Assembly: GCA_051747585.1 (NCBI GenBank)
Contig: JBNJGH010000009.1
Span: 1-52,163, forward strand
Source of the DNA: Candidatus Rifleibacteriota bacterium
GTDB taxonomy: Bacteria; Muiribacteriota; Ozemobacteria; Ozemobacterales; Ozemobacteraceae
Length of the DNA: 52,163 nt
Direction of reading: 5' to 3'
Part shown: one piece after another, positions 38,739 through 49,453 of the stretch
How the letters are laid out: every line of letters starts with the position of its first letter
Position numbering within the stretch: the stretch's first letter is position 1
The notes under the pieces: generated by a model
What the model was told of the DNA's origin: nothing
Databases searched by the model: none
The model's input: only the letters and a program-made list of their open reading frames with translations
Position numbers and translations under genes: made by a program

Positions 38739-39635
38739 ATGGAACAGGAAAAAACTTTCAGGCGTCGACTTAAAACTTTTCCCAATCTTCGTGGCGAAGA
38801 TTTTCAGCATCCATGGGATCGCCAGGCTACCATGGCTTTACAGTCTATTCCCGGTTTCGAATATTTGATTTCTAAACTGATGGAACACGGTTTTGAGCAG
38901 TTCTTTCGCATAACCAATCTTGCCAGTAATATTCAGGTAAAGGGAAAAATGTTTCCAAAACTAAGAGAAATGCTGCGTCATGCAACTAAAATTCTCGATA
39001 TGGATGAACCCGAACTTTATATTACCACTGATCCTATTCCAAATGCCTTTACTTATGGACGCACCCGCCCGTTTATCGTTTTAACTTCCGGGCTTATTGA
39101 ATCAATGGGTGACGAAGAACTTTTTTTTGTTCTCGGGCATGAGCTTGGCCATATTAAATGTGGTCATGTTCTATATAAAACTATGGCTCGCAATTTTAAA
39201 CTTGTTCTCGAAATTGCCGCTTCTGCAACTCTGGGTTTGTCGAGTTTGCTCAGTACCGGCCTGAAACTTGCCCTGTTCGACTGGGAGCGCAAGTCTGAAC
39301 TTACCGGCGATCGTTGCGGGCTGTTAACGGTTCAGAGTCAGACAGCTGCTAATCACTCTTTTATGAAGCTGGGTGCCGGTTCGCCAAAGCTATATGAAGA
39401 AATGGATGAAGCTGAATTTTTGAAACAGATCAGATCTTACGAAGATGCTTCAGACTATTCTTTTATTAACAAAACATATACCGCTCTGGTTTCGAGCCAC
39501 ATGAGCCACCCATTTCTTATTATGAGAGCAAAACACCTCGATAGTTGGGTGCAAAGCGGAGAATTTTCCAAAGTTTCAGGTATAAACAACCTCGATGTTA
39601 AAGATGATTCAGAAATGACGGTTAAAGCAGAGTAG
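38739..39635 (+). CDS. M48 family zinc metallopeptidase
   Basis: PNAFTYG, HELGH, ELTGDR and SHP; GAGGGG RBS before ATG 38739. Confidence 0.93.
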   Translation: MEQEKTFRRRLKTFPNLRGEDFQHPWDRQATMALQSIPGFEYLISKLMEHGFEQFFRITNLASNIQVKGKMFPKLREMLRHATKILDMDEPELYITTDPIPNAFTYGRTRPFIVLTSGLIESMGDEELFFVLGHELGHIKCGHVLYKTMARNFKLVLEIAASATLGLSSLLSTGLKLALFDWERKSELTGDRCGLLTVQSQTAANHSFMKLGAGSPKLYEEMDEAEFLKQIRSYEDASDYSFINKTYTALVSSHMSHPFLIMRAKHLDSWVQSGEFSKVSGINNLDVKDDSEMTVKAE

Positions 39636-40191
39636 CAATAACATCATCTTTTTTCTGTAGCTTAGCCAGATCTAAAGCGGTTTGATTACTGTCGTTACGG
39701 ATTGTTTTGTCGGCTCCGCCTTCGAGCAATAGTTTGACGGTGCTGCTGTAACCTTGTTGCGCAGCCAGGTGGAGAGGAGCCCAGCCTTCTTTATCCGGTT
39801 CATTTATTGGCATACCAAGCTCTATCAAAGATTTTACAATCGGGTCACAGCCGCGAAAAGCAGCCCAATGAAGCGTGTTCCATCCATCACGGTCGGTAGC
39901 GCTCAAATCTGCTTTATGATCTATCAGAATTTTAAAAGTCTCGGGTTTTTCTCTGGCTGCGGTCCATAAAATCGGAGTTACGCCATCACGATTGCAGGCG
40001 TTTATGTTCGCACCCTTTTCAATAAGTTTGTTAACCACCTCAACCATTCCGAATTTTCCAGCCTGATGAAGAGGGGTTATGCCGATTTCATCTGCCTGGT
40101 TTACGTTTTCACCTTTTTCAATCAGTTCTAAAGCAAGCTGTGTGTCTTTTTCATTAATAGCTTGAAGTATCTTTAGATTGTCGTCGTTCAT
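39622..40191 (-). CDS. Ankyrin-repeat protein
   Basis: Repeated G.TPLH.A units (GITPLHQA, GWNTLHWAA, GWAPLHLAA). Confidence 0.95.
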   Translation of the reverse strand: MNDDNLKILQAINEKDTQLALELIEKGENVNQADEIGITPLHQAGKFGMVEVVNKLIEKGANINACNRDGVTPILWTAAREKPETFKILIDHKADLSATDRDGWNTLHWAAFRGCDPIVKSLIELGMPINEPDKEGWAPLHLAAQQGYSSTVKLLLEGGADKTIRNDSNQTALDLAKLQKKDDVIATLL

Positions 40192-40319
40192 ACTCAATCC
40201 TTTCTGAATATAGCTGTAACATTTCTATTATAACCGCAAATCTAATAGAATTTAAACAAATGCTTCGAAATTCTGTCAGGCTATAGCATTCAAAATTTAT
40301 CTTATAGCAAAAGCGGGTA

Positions 40320-40348
40320 TTGATAAGAAGATAAAAAAATCATATACT
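40320..40348 (+). promoter_or_regulatory. Putative sigma70 promoter of the SPFH gene
   Basis: TTGATA-N17-TATACT. Confidence 0.55.
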
Positions 40349-40401
40349 GATAAAAGGCTGAATTAATAATTTGGTTTTATTTGAATTACGGGAGGAAAGA
40401 C

Positions 40402-41559
40402 ATGGGTTTTTGGGGTAATCAGTTACGTTCTGTTATTGAATGGGTCGATCCGGATCCCGATGTGTTGATTTCGCAGTGGACAGGAACCAACGATGAGCTG
40501 AAGAATGCTTCAAAGCTCATAATTAACCCTGGTCAGGCCGCTATTTTTGTTTATGAAGGTCAAGTTAAAGCTATTCATGATTTCCCTGGCATGTTTGAAC
40601 TTAAAACTGCCAATGTCCCATTCTGGACAACTATTTCAAAAGTCATGCAGAATTTCACTTCTGAGCACAAAGCCAGAATTTATTTTGTAAGACTGACTGA
40701 ATTTTTAAACCAGAAATGGGGAACAAAATCTCCAATAAAATATAATGATCCTGTTTATAAATTCCCGGTAGGAATGAGAGCATTCGGTAACTTTTCTTTT
40801 CATATTACCGACCCCAGAAAATTCTTCACCGAAATAGCCAGTAATCAGACGGTAGTGCCAATAGGAATGGTGCGTAACGTTATTGTAGATCGTATTATGC
40901 TGCCTTTAGCCGATGTTTTTGCCGAAGCCGGTTACAGCTATGCTGAAATTGATAAAAACCGCATGGAACTGTCCAAACAGCTTTCCGATCTGGTTAAAAC
41001 TGAATTTGAACCTCTCGGTTTTGAAATGAGTGATTTTCGTATTGAAAATACTGATTTCGATGAAAAAACCCAGGAACGAATTGATAAAATTTCTGACAAA
41101 ATGGCTGATGCTCAGGCTATCAACGCTATGGGCCAGATTAACAATCAAGGACTTCATGCATATTCAACCATTGAAAGACTCCAGGCTTTAAACGCCGCAG
41201 CCGAGAATCCTAACGGAATGGCCGGTGCCGGTGTAGGCATGGGTGCCGGCATGGGCATGGGAATGGGCATGAACATGGCCGGCCAGATGGGCGGCCAGGG
41301 AGCGCCTCAACAACAGGCTCCCGCACCACCTCCACCACCAGCTGCGCCGCAGTGGCATGTAGCCGTAAATGGCCAGACCCAGGGGCCTTTCTCGCCTGAG
41401 GATTTAAAAACTATGGCGGCCAAAGGAGACTTCAAGCCTGATTCTCTGGTCTGGACTGCCGGGCAGGATGGCTGGAAAAAAGCCGGTGAAATTCAGGGAC
41501 TTTCTGTAGTATTTGCTCAGACTCCTCCACCTCCTCCGCCACCACCACCATCTGTATGA
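40402..41559 (+). CDS. SPFH/Band-7 domain protein (YdjI-like) with C-terminal GYF_2 (DUF4339) domain
   Basis: QLRSVIEW, KWGT..PI.Y.DP.Y, GMG-rich linker and WHVAVNGQTQGPF...LVWTAGQDGW; GGGAGG RBS. Confidence 0.9.
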   Translation: MGFWGNQLRSVIEWVDPDPDVLISQWTGTNDELKNASKLIINPGQAAIFVYEGQVKAIHDFPGMFELKTANVPFWTTISKVMQNFTSEHKARIYFVRLTEFLNQKWGTKSPIKYNDPVYKFPVGMRAFGNFSFHITDPRKFFTEIASNQTVVPIGMVRNVIVDRIMLPLADVFAEAGYSYAEIDKNRMELSKQLSDLVKTEFEPLGFEMSDFRIENTDFDEKTQERIDKISDKMADAQAINAMGQINNQGLHAYSTIERLQALNAAAENPNGMAGAGVGMGAGMGMGMGMNMAGQMGGQGAPQQQAPAPPPPPAAPQWHVAVNGQTQGPFSPEDLKTMAAKGDFKPDSLVWTAGQDGWKKAGEIQGLSVVFAQTPPPPPPPPPSV

Positions 41560-41589
41560 TTCAATAAAATTCTTTTAAGTTAAGTTGAT

Positions 41590-41625
41590 AAATAGTGGCT
41601 GCTGAATATGGCGGCCACTATTTTT
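41590..41625 (+). terminator. Intrinsic terminator of the SPFH gene
   Basis: AAATAGTGGCTGC-loop-GCGGCCACTATTTTT. Confidence 0.75.
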
Positions 41626-41629
41626 GTAC

Positions 41630-41672
41630 AAAAAAAAGCGGAAACCGCTTTAAAGCAGCCCCCGCTTTTTTT
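41630..41672 (-). terminator. Intrinsic terminator of the beta-barrel gene (possibly bidirectional)
   Basis: AAAAAAAAGCGG...CCGCTTTTTTT just past the minus-strand stop at 41682. Confidence 0.7.
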
Positions 41673-41681
41673 GATGTTATT

Positions 41682-42974
41682 TTACTGAAAGAAAGATGTA
41701 AGCCCTAGAACCAGACGATAATTATAACCGTAACGTTGGTCATTGGTAATGGCTATCGGAACTCCAACTTCAAAAGCAAAGTTTTCGGTTGGCGTGTAAC
41801 GTAAACCCGGAGTTACATCAACTTTTATGCCTTCTGCGCCCCAGTCTTCACCATTGACTTCGGCCATGACAGTTACATTGTGGGTATGAGGATATTCAAT
41901 ACCTATATTGTAATAGAATTTATCGGCCAGACCGTCGGGATAAAACTGGGTGTTGGGATCACCGGTCATAACGTAACCAAGGTTAAGGTGGGCTATAATC
42001 TTTTCGAAATTTTTACTGAAAGCAGTATAGATTTCGAAGTCGGTTTTTCCGGTACCAAGGCCCTTGTCATCGTTTCCGGTCGGGAATTTGAAGCCGAGAC
42101 CGAAAGCGCCGCGCATCTGGTATTGAGGATTATCAAACATTCTGTATTTAAATGCAAGTTTTGAGTCGCCGGTGCCGGATTCAGAAATGTCTTTGGTCCA
42201 GAGGATTCTGGATTTAATAGTGTAGTCTTTAACCGGAATGGTATAGGCTATTTCCAGGTCATCGGTGACTGCATAGTTGAAAAAGATCGGCAGCTCAAGC
42301 AATTCGCCGCTTTCGCCACTGGCAAGAACTCGATCGTAAACTCTGTCGAGATCAAACCAGCTTGAATGAAAGCCCATTTTAAATGAACCCGCCTTGCTGA
42401 CATCTGCAGCGGTAGTCTGAATAAGGCCTGTAAGACCGTTAAAGTTACAGGCAAGTACGCGGGTAACAGCTTCATCGATTGGTACCATCATCATGGTGTC
42501 ATCACTGATCGGTGGCAGGCCCGTTCTTGATGGAACGGGTAAATTTGTTACCGGAGGGAGATTCAGCGGCTCTTGCGAATAGATTTCGTTGCCGCCGGTC
42601 GTTTTTTTGTTGCGACTGCGGCTTCTTACAACGGGCGCGGATCGTTGAACAGGAATCGGGGCAGCAACATCTGAATTCAGTTCCTGCTGATTTTCTGTGG
42701 TGATGTTTCCGCTGATTGGGGGAAGGCTCATCTGTGGGGATGAGCCGGATTGATCTGATGGACCGGTTATAGGCGGCAGAGATTGATTCTGACCATAATA
42801 TTCCGGGGCATTATAAGTTTGCCGTCGTGGCTGTCCACGATGGTTAACTACCTGTTGCAAAGTAGAACTGAAACCGTTTTGTTTCAGTTGCTGCTGAGCA
42901 TATTCCTGCTGTGCCCAGACGGGGGCAGTGAACAGCCAGGCTGCCAATGCGACTATTGCGGTATTTTTTTTCAT
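41682..42974 (-). CDS. Outer-membrane beta-barrel protein (MetA-pathway/transporter-like) with Pro/Gln-rich N-terminus
   Basis: AAAGGAG RBS, signal peptide MKKNTAIVALAAWLFTAPVWA, G.GD..L..KY, GFKFPTG....GLGTG..D, alternating beta strands and an aromatic C-terminus. Confidence 0.8.
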   Translation of the reverse strand: MKKNTAIVALAAWLFTAPVWAQQEYAQQQLKQNGFSSTLQQVVNHRGQPRRQTYNAPEYYGQNQSLPPITGPSDQSGSSPQMSLPPISGNITTENQQELNSDVAAPIPVQRSAPVVRSRSRNKKTTGGNEIYSQEPLNLPPVTNLPVPSRTGLPPISDDTMMMVPIDEAVTRVLACNFNGLTGLIQTTAADVSKAGSFKMGFHSSWFDLDRVYDRVLASGESGELLELPIFFNYAVTDDLEIAYTIPVKDYTIKSRILWTKDISESGTGDSKLAFKYRMFDNPQYQMRGAFGLGFKFPTGNDDKGLGTGKTDFEIYTAFSKNFEKIIAHLNLGYVMTGDPNTQFYPDGLADKFYYNIGIEYPHTHNVTVMAEVNGEDWGAEGIKVDVTPGLRYTPTENFAFEVGVPIAITNDQRYGYNYRLVLGLTSFFQ

Positions 42975-43094
42975 ACCCAGCTCCTTTGTTGTCTGTTTGT
43001 CGGCTATAAACTGCTTAACTGACAAGAGCAGACATTATTACAGCATTTATCGGGTGTCTCATCGGCAGGTATCTGAGAATATATTACAAAAATT

Positions 43095-45356
43095 CTAGTT
43101 TTTTTCTGAATTAATTTTAAATTTAAGCTGAGTACCTCTGCCGGAAATCCTGACTTTGCCACCTTTGCTGAGTTTGCCAAAAAGAATTTCTTCGGCCAGA
43201 GCGTCTTTGATTTCTTTTTGAATGACACGTGCGAGAGGGCGGGCGCCATGTATCGGGTCATAACCTTTGTGGGCCAGTATTTCTCGGGCTTTTGCCGTAA
43301 GGCTTAGCTCTACTTCTCGTTCTTTAAGCTGGGCGTTGAGCTGGTCTATAAATTTATCGACTACCATTTCCATTATTTTTTCTGACAGCGGTGCAAAAGT
43401 TATAATACTGTCGAGCCTGTTTCTGAACTCAGGCGAAAATAGTTTTTCGATTGCTGCCTTGCCTTTCCAGGCAACATCTTTTTCGTTCTGGCCAAAACCT
43501 ATGGAGCCCTTTGCCATTTCTCTTGCGCCGGCATTTGATGTCATAATAATTATGACATTACGAAAGTCAGCTTTTTTACCGGTGTTATCGGTCAGAGTGG
43601 CGTAATCCATGATTTGAAGCAGAATGTTAAAAATATCTTCATGTGCTTTTTCGATTTCATCCAGCAATAATACGGAGTAGGGGTGTTTGCGAATAGAATC
43701 GGTAAGAGCTCCGCCTCTTTCATAACCTATGTAGCCCGGGGGGGCGCCTATAAAACGGGCAACGGCATGTTTTTCCATATACTCGCTCATATCAAAACGA
43801 AGGAAATTAATGCCCAGATTGATTGCCAGTTGTCTGGCCACTTCTGTTTTGCCTACTCCGGTAGGGCCGGTAAACAGAAAAGAACCAACAGGTCGCGTGT
43901 TATCGGTCATTCCGGCCCTGGAAATTTTTATAGCTCTTACCATAGCTTCGATAGCGGGGTTCTGGCCGAATATAACCTTTTCCAGGTCAGCTTTCAGGCT
44001 GTGCAGTTTTTCGAGGTCAGAAGTAGAAATTCTCTTGGGCGGAATGCGTGCAATTTTGGCAACAGCCTTTTCAATATCGGCCTTTACAACCTTTTTCCGC
44101 TTTTTATATCTTTTGGAAAGTTTAAGTATGGTAGCTGCTTCGTCTAAAACATCTATTGCTTTGTCGGGCAGAAAATGCTCTTGAATATATTTGGCAGACA
44201 GCTCTGCAGCGGCTTTTATAGCTTTTTTGCTGAATGATACCTGATGAAAATTTTCGTATGCAGGCTTTAAGCCTTTTAAAATATGACAAGTTTCTTTAAC
44301 ATCCGGTTCATATAGATCTATTTTCTGGAACCTTCGCGAGAAAGCCCTGTCTTTATCGAAGTTTTTATACTCTTCAAAGGTGGTAGTGCCAATGCAACGA
44401 ATTCTACCCGAACCAAGGGTAGGTTTCAGAATGTTTGCAGCGTCGAGAGCTCCACCGCTTACCGCGCCGGCTCCAATAATGGTATGAATTTCGTCTATAA
44501 AGAGTACTACGTCAGGTATTTTTTCCAGACTTCTTATTGTGGCTTTGAGTCGGGCTTCAAAATCACCCCGATACCTGGTGCCTGCCAGAAGCGAACCCAT
44601 GTCGAGTGAATAAATTTTTGTTTTTTTAAGAGTTTCAGGCACTTTTCCCTGATGAATTCGGAGCGCGATTCCTTCTACCAGCGCGGTTTTGCCTACGCCG
44701 GGTTCGCCGACAAAAATGATATTGTTTTTTTTACGCCGGTTTAAAATAATAACTGCGCGGCTGACTTCGGTTTTTCTTCCTATCAATGGGTCAATGTTTC
44801 CCTTTGCGGCTTTGTCATTGAGGCATTCGGCAAACTGAGCAAGTGGGTCTTTTACATCTTCAGTTTCTGCAACTGATTCGGGCTCGACTCCCGATTCTGT
44901 GTAGCCTTCGTCCCCTTCTTCACGGGTCTTTACTACTCCGTGAGATATATAATTTAAAACATCAAGTTGGCTTAAATTCTGCTTCTGGAGAAAATAAACG
45001 GCATAAGATTCTGTTTCACTGAAAATAGCTGCAAGTAAATCGCCTGCAGTCGCTTCGTTTCTTTCTGCAGATTGGGTTTGAATAACCATTCGCTGAAAAA
45101 CTCGTTGAAAGCCTATGGTCGGCATTGGCTCACGGTTAGAATCAGGAGAAATTCTTGGTATATTTTCATTGAAGTATTCTTCGAGGTCCTGCCGCAGTTT
45201 GTCTATGTTGCAGTCACAAGCCCCCAGAATTTTCATTCCCACTGAATCGTAAGCTATTCCATAAAGCAGGTGCTCTACGGTAAGGTATTCGTGCCTGCGT
45301 TTAGACGCTTCTTCTATTACTGCCTGTAAGGTTATATCAAGATCTTTGCTAATCAT
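43095..45356 (-). CDS. clpA: ATP-dependent Clp protease ATP-binding subunit ClpA
   Basis: [10 protein letters not shown], two Walker A motifs ([16 protein letters not shown]), [11 protein letters not shown] and an IGF loop; ATGA-coupled to clpS. Confidence 0.97.
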   Translation of the reverse strand: MISKDLDITLQAVIEEASKRRHEYLTVEHLLYGIAYDSVGMKILGACDCNIDKLRQDLEEYFNENIPRISPDSNREPMPTIGFQRVFQRMVIQTQSAERNEATAGDLLAAIFSETESYAVYFLQKQNLSQLDVLNYISHGVVKTREEGDEGYTESGVEPESVAETEDVKDPLAQFAECLNDKAAKGNIDPLIGRKTEVSRAVIILNRRKKNNIIFVGEPGVGKTALVEGIALRIHQGKVPETLKKTKIYSLDMGSLLAGTRYRGDFEARLKATIRSLEKIPDVVLFIDEIHTIIGAGAVSGGALDAANILKPTLGSGRIRCIGTTTFEEYKNFDKDRAFSRRFQKIDLYEPDVKETCHILKGLKPAYENFHQVSFSKKAIKAAAELSAKYIQEHFLPDKAIDVLDEAATILKLSKRYKKRKKVVKADIEKAVAKIARIPPKRISTSDLEKLHSLKADLEKVIFGQNPAIEAMVRAIKISRAGMTDNTRPVGSFLFTGPTGVGKTEVARQLAINLGINFLRFDMSEYMEKHAVARFIGAPPGYIGYERGGALTDSIRKHPYSVLLLDEIEKAHEDIFNILLQIMDYATLTDNTGKKADFRNVIIIMTSNAGAREMAKGSIGFGQNEKDVAWKGKAAIEKLFSPEFRNRLDSIITFAPLSEKIMEMVVDKFIDQLNAQLKEREVELSLTAKAREILAHKGYDPIHGARPLARVIQKEIKDALAEEILFGKLSKGGKVRISGRGTQLKFKINSEKN

Positions 45357-45667
45357 TCTTTCTCCATATCGCATTTAAGCGGAAAGCCATTGTCGCGGGC
45401 GAGGTTATGTACCTGAGCAATTTTTGTTTCAGCTATGTCTTTAGTATAAACGCCGGCCAACCCTTTGCCGTTTCGATGAACGTGCAACATAACCTGGGTA
45501 GCTTCAACTTTACTTTTGCCAAAAACGTTTTCCAGTATTTCTACAACAAATTCCATGGTTGTATAGTCATCGTTGAGCAGAAAAACCTTATATTTAGAAG
45601 GTCTTGTGGTCTTCTGGCGAGTCTTTTCAAGAATCCCTCTCTGGGGTTGCTGATCTTTATCTGCCAT
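45353..45667 (-). CDS. clpS: ClpAP adaptor protein ClpS
   Basis: [28 protein letters not shown] and FPL.C. Confidence 0.98.
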   Translation of the reverse strand: MADKDQQPQRGILEKTRQKTTRPSKYKVFLLNDDYTTMEFVVEILENVFGKSKVEATQVMLHVHRNGKGLAGVYTKDIAETKIAQVHNLARDNGFPLKCDMEKE

Positions 45668-45676
45668 TATTTTGCC

Positions 45677-47656
45677 TTACCCTCCTTGCAGGTTCTGCAA
45701 ATCATTTTCAGCTTCTGAAAGCTCAATATGCAGACTTTCCCAAACCTGCATTTCGTTTTCAAGATTCTGATTAATCGACGCATGTTTGTTTGACACATCT
45801 GCTATTTTGCTGCTGTCAAATTCTAACGGCGGCTGTGCAAGCAATTCTTCTATTTCTGCCAAAGCAAGCTCGATGTTAGAGATCTCTTTTTCGCTTTTAT
45901 CAATGCTTTTTTTCAAGCGCTGAATTTTATTGCTGAGTTGTTTTCTGTTCTTATTTCTTTCGCGTGCGAGCTGTTTTTTATCTGAAATTACCGGTTCGTT
46001 TTCAGTAATTTCCCGGCATTCATCCTCTGTATTACGGAACTTTTCTGCCCATAGATAATGGCTGTAATTTCCTTCATAAATATGTGCTGAGCCCTTTTTA
46101 AGAGCAAGAACCCTTGTTGCCAGGCAATCGAGAAAAAAACGGTCATGTGATACTAAAATAATCGTTCCGGGAAAATTATCAAGTGCTTCGAGAAGGGCTT
46201 CGCGACTGTTTATGTCAAGATGGTTGGTTGGCTCATCCAACAGCAACAAGTTGCAGGGGCGCAGCATCATTCTGGCAAGACCCAGGCGGCTTTTCTCGCC
46301 TCCGGATAAAACCTGAACCTTCTTTTTTACATCATCACCGGAAAAAAGAAAGGCACCAAGAAGTTTGCGAAGATTGGGAACTGCATCAAGGGGAGTTTCG
46401 CGCAACATTCTATCCCATATTGTTTCTTCGCCTTCAAAACTTATTTCTTCGTCCTGGGCAAAATATCCGGCATGAACCTTGTATCCCCATTCAAGTTTCC
46501 CGTCCCATTGCATGTCTTCTCCAGCAATTATACGCATAAGAGTTGTTTTTCCGGTACCGTTTTCTCCGACTATTGCCAGTCTGTCACCACGATGAATATT
46601 GAAACCCACATCGTTCAATACTTTATTGTCACCATAGCTGCGACTTAGATTCTCGGCTTTCAAAACAATTTCTCCGCTGCTTTCGCACTCCGGGAAACTG
46701 AAGCTGAGTGAAGGGTCCGAGTCGACCTGTTGTATTTCTTCGATCTTTTCGAGTTGCTTGATTCGGCTTTGTACCTGTGAAGCCTTGCTTGCTTTATATC
46801 TGAATCTTTCTATAAAGCGTTCGACTCTTTTTCGTTCCCGATCCTGACGATCCTGGGCTGCTTTAGCTTCTGTTGCCCAGGTTTCTCTGGCTTCGAGAAA
46901 GTTCGTATAATTCCCTCTGAAAACCTTTGCCCCTTCCGGCATTAAGGCAACAACCGAATTGGCCAGCTTATCAAGAAAGTAGCGATCATGAGAAACAACC
47001 AGAATTCCGCCTTCGTAACCGGCCAGATATTCTTCAAGAAAAGAAATTGAAGCAATATCAAGGTAGTTGGTGGGTTCGTCGAGAAGCAGGTAATCAGGCT
47101 CAGATAACAGCAGCCGGGCAAAATAAGCTCTCATCTGCCAACCACCCGAAAAGTTGCTTAGTGGCTCATGAAAACGCTCTTCAGGAAAGCCGAATCCTTT
47201 AAGCAGACGGTTGGTTCGAGCCTGCCAGGTATAGCCGCCCGCATGCTCAAAAAGTATCAGCATGCGGTCATATTCATCTTGCAGAGCTGCAGAAATTTTG
47301 CCCGATGCCATTTGAGTTTCAATCTCGCTCAATTTTTCCTTGATTTGGTCAAGACGCTTAAAAGCCTGGGTTGCCAGGTCCCAGAGGGTGAGTTCATTTT
47401 TTTCTTTTTGCCAGTTCATGTCTTCCTGAAGAAAAATCTCCTGGGGAAGGTAGCCAATACGACAATCCCTGGGGCTGGTTACCTGGCCTTCGTCGGCTGC
47501 TTCCCGCCCCAGAATAATATTCATCATTGTCGTTTTTCCCGAGCCGTTACTGCCCACCAGAGCAACTCTATCGCCGGGATTTACGGCAAAACTCACATTG
47601 CTGAAGAGTTGCCTGACATTAAAAGATTTAGCTAAATTTTGAATTTGCAGTGACAT
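45677..47656 (-). CDS. ABC-F family ATP-binding protein
   Basis: Two ABC domains (GSNGSGKTT/FSGGW/LLLDEPTN and GENGTGKTT/LSGGE/LLLDEPTN), inter-ABC linker, C-terminal coiled coil, no TM; ATG 47656. Confidence 0.95.
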   Translation of the reverse strand: MSLQIQNLAKSFNVRQLFSNVSFAVNPGDRVALVGSNGSGKTTMMNIILGREAADEGQVTSPRDCRIGYLPQEIFLQEDMNWQKEKNELTLWDLATQAFKRLDQIKEKLSEIETQMASGKISAALQDEYDRMLILFEHAGGYTWQARTNRLLKGFGFPEERFHEPLSNFSGGWQMRAYFARLLLSEPDYLLLDEPTNYLDIASISFLEEYLAGYEGGILVVSHDRYFLDKLANSVVALMPEGAKVFRGNYTNFLEARETWATEAKAAQDRQDRERKRVERFIERFRYKASKASQVQSRIKQLEKIEEIQQVDSDPSLSFSFPECESSGEIVLKAENLSRSYGDNKVLNDVGFNIHRGDRLAIVGENGTGKTTLMRIIAGEDMQWDGKLEWGYKVHAGYFAQDEEISFEGEETIWDRMLRETPLDAVPNLRKLLGAFLFSGDDVKKKVQVLSGGEKSRLGLARMMLRPCNLLLLDEPTNHLDINSREALLEALDNFPGTIILVSHDRFFLDCLATRVLALKKGSAHIYEGNYSHYLWAEKFRNTEDECREITENEPVISDKKQLARERNKNRKQLSNKIQRLKKSIDKSEKEISNIELALAEIEELLAQPPLEFDSSKIADVSNKHASINQNLENEMQVWESLHIELSEAENDLQNLQGG

Positions 47657-47733
47657 TAATTTTTTCCCCGGAAAACGCAGTAGCAGTATTCTATCAGAAC
47701 TCCGTGGTCCTTTCAAACGAACCCTTGTCGAAT

Positions 47734-48030
47734 AGCAATTCTCGGTCAGCCACTATCAACATGTTTCAAAAAAGAATATGCCTCACACTAAGCCGCAAAG
47801 CCACAAAGAAACTAACCACAGAGCGCACAGAGAACACAGAGAATCTTTTTCAGCCATTGTTTTCTTCTTCAGCAAGCCTTCAGAAAAGCACTCGTGTTTT
47901 TCTGAAGGCTTGCTGAAGAAGAAAAAGCCGGGCGGTGAAACCGCCGGCTATTTGTCTACAGGACAAATCCTGGCTGAAAAAGATTAAAAAATTAACTCCG
48001 TGCCCTCGGTGGCCTCAGTGGTTTAAATTC
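47734..48030. repeat. Structured non-coding repeat, copy 2
   Basis: 13-bp IR at 47843-47855 and 47972-47984; hairpins at 47860-47925, 47926-47949 and 47950-47968; same core orientation as copy 1. Confidence 0.93.
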
Positions 48031-48172
48031 TTTATTTGCCCTAAATAAATAAAACCAGAACTTTTTGTAATCAGCTAATAATAGTTGCCAGAGAATTCCT
48101 GGATCATTTCTCAGTTGTTATGTCATTATATTTTGATCAAGCTCGTAATCGTCATCGTTGTCGTAATAGCTG

Positions 48173-48242
48173 TCGATTCCGATACCCGATACCGACCCCG
48201 ATACCCGAAAAGAATCTCACACCGAGCCGCAAAGCCGCCAGG
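48173..48242 (+). repeat. 70-bp direct repeat, copy A (3' side of the Fic gene)
   Basis: TCGATTCCGATACCCGATACCGACCCCGATACCCGAAAAGAATCTCACACCGAGCCGCAAAGCCGCCAGG; 69/70 identical to 49606-49675. Confidence 0.95.
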
Positions 48243-48263
48243 ATCGCAAAGGCTGAAAAAGAT

Positions 48264-49445
48264 TTACTGAGTTTTCGGCAATTCAGTTCCTTCGCTCATG
48301 ATTTCAATATAGCCGGCGTAACTGAAAAATCGGTTTCGTTTGCGCGCCGTCAGTTCTCTAATGATCCCCAAATCTTGTAGATGCCTCAGAGATTTGTTAA
48401 CTGTGGCTGGGCTGATGCCTGTCTTTTCCACTAACCATCCTGAGTTGGTGATTGGGTGCTCCATCATTGCTCGATGAACCTGCAGAGTAGATGATGCTGC
48501 CCGACCAAGATCTTCAATCTTACCCTGATCTCTTTTCGCTAGTTTCAGTAATCGCTGTGCTGTTTCAAAAGCCTGAGTAGCGGTAAAGATAACTGCTTCG
48601 GCAAAAAAGTCTAACCAGGCCTCCCAATCGCCTGTAAGGCGAACGTTATTGAGCAGCTCATAGTAATATTGCCGATGGGTTTTGAAGTATAGGCTGAGAT
48701 ATAGCATCGGCTCACGCAATACATTTTGCTCACACAAAAGCAATGTTATAAGTAATCTGCCAAGGCGACCATTGCCATCAAGAAATGGGTGGATTGTTTC
48801 AAATTGTACGTGGGCCAGCGCTGCTTTAAGCAACAAAGGGGTTGTTTCTGGTTGGTCATGCAAAAAAAGCTCTAATTTATCGAGACAATCCATCATTTCT
48901 TCAGCAGGTGGTGGCGCGAATGCTGCGTTTCCTGGTCGAGTTCCGCCGATCCAGTTCTGGCTCGTTCTGAATTCTCCAGGTGTGTGCTTACTTCCCCGGC
49001 CCTTGTAGAGTAATACCCCATGGATTTCACGAAACAACCTCAGCGAGATTGGTAGACCGGAGTTTAACAAATCTAATCCATGGTTGAGAGCGGCAACATA
49101 GTTGCTCACTTCGCGAACGTCATCCAGTGGCACCCCGGGCTCCTTGTCCAATTCGAAAAGCAGAAGGTCTGTCAGTGATGATTGAGTTCCTTCTATCATT
49201 GAAGAGAGAACGGCTTCTTTGCGGACATACATGTAAAGAAACAGTGAAGTATCTGGTAACAAAGTTGAGACACTGTCCAATTTTCCCAGCGCCAGCATTG
49301 CCTGATCAAATTTTTGCTGCAGTTCTGCCTTCCAGACAATTGCAGGTTTTGGTGGCAGAGGAGCAGGCACAAAAGCTTGCGCTTTTTCACCTACCGTAGA
49401 TATGGTTACATATTTTCCCTGAAGCTTTCGTTTCATTTGAGCCAC
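48264..49445 (-). CDS. Fic family protein (N-terminal inhibitory motif, C-terminal winged HTH)
   Basis: HPFLDGNGRLGR active site, SSMIEGT inhibitory motif, C-terminal GISPATVNKSLRHLQDLGII. Start GTG 49445 or ATG 49436. Confidence 0.95.
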   Translation of the reverse strand: MAQMKRKLQGKYVTISTVGEKAQAFVPAPLPPKPAIVWKAELQQKFDQAMLALGKLDSVSTLLPDTSLFLYMYVRKEAVLSSMIEGTQSSLTDLLLFELDKEPGVPLDDVREVSNYVAALNHGLDLLNSGLPISLRLFREIHGVLLYKGRGSKHTPGEFRTSQNWIGGTRPGNAAFAPPPAEEMMDCLDKLELFLHDQPETTPLLLKAALAHVQFETIHPFLDGNGRLGRLLITLLLCEQNVLREPMLYLSLYFKTHRQYYYELLNNVRLTGDWEAWLDFFAEAVIFTATQAFETAQRLLKLAKRDQGKIEDLGRAASSTLQVHRAMMEHPITNSGWLVEKTGISPATVNKSLRHLQDLGIIRELTARKRNRFFSYAGYIEIMSEGTELPKTQ

Positions 49446-49453
49446 CTTAAACC

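Noticed and set aside
148..47635. Numerous antisense or overlapping short ORFs in the six-frame track
   Set aside because: Shadow ORFs inside well-supported genes, with no motifs or RBS.
45353..47716. ABC-F/clpS/clpA adjacency as a novel system
   Set aside because: clpS-clpA is a standard operon and nothing in the sequence supports a functional link to the ABC-F beyond proximity.
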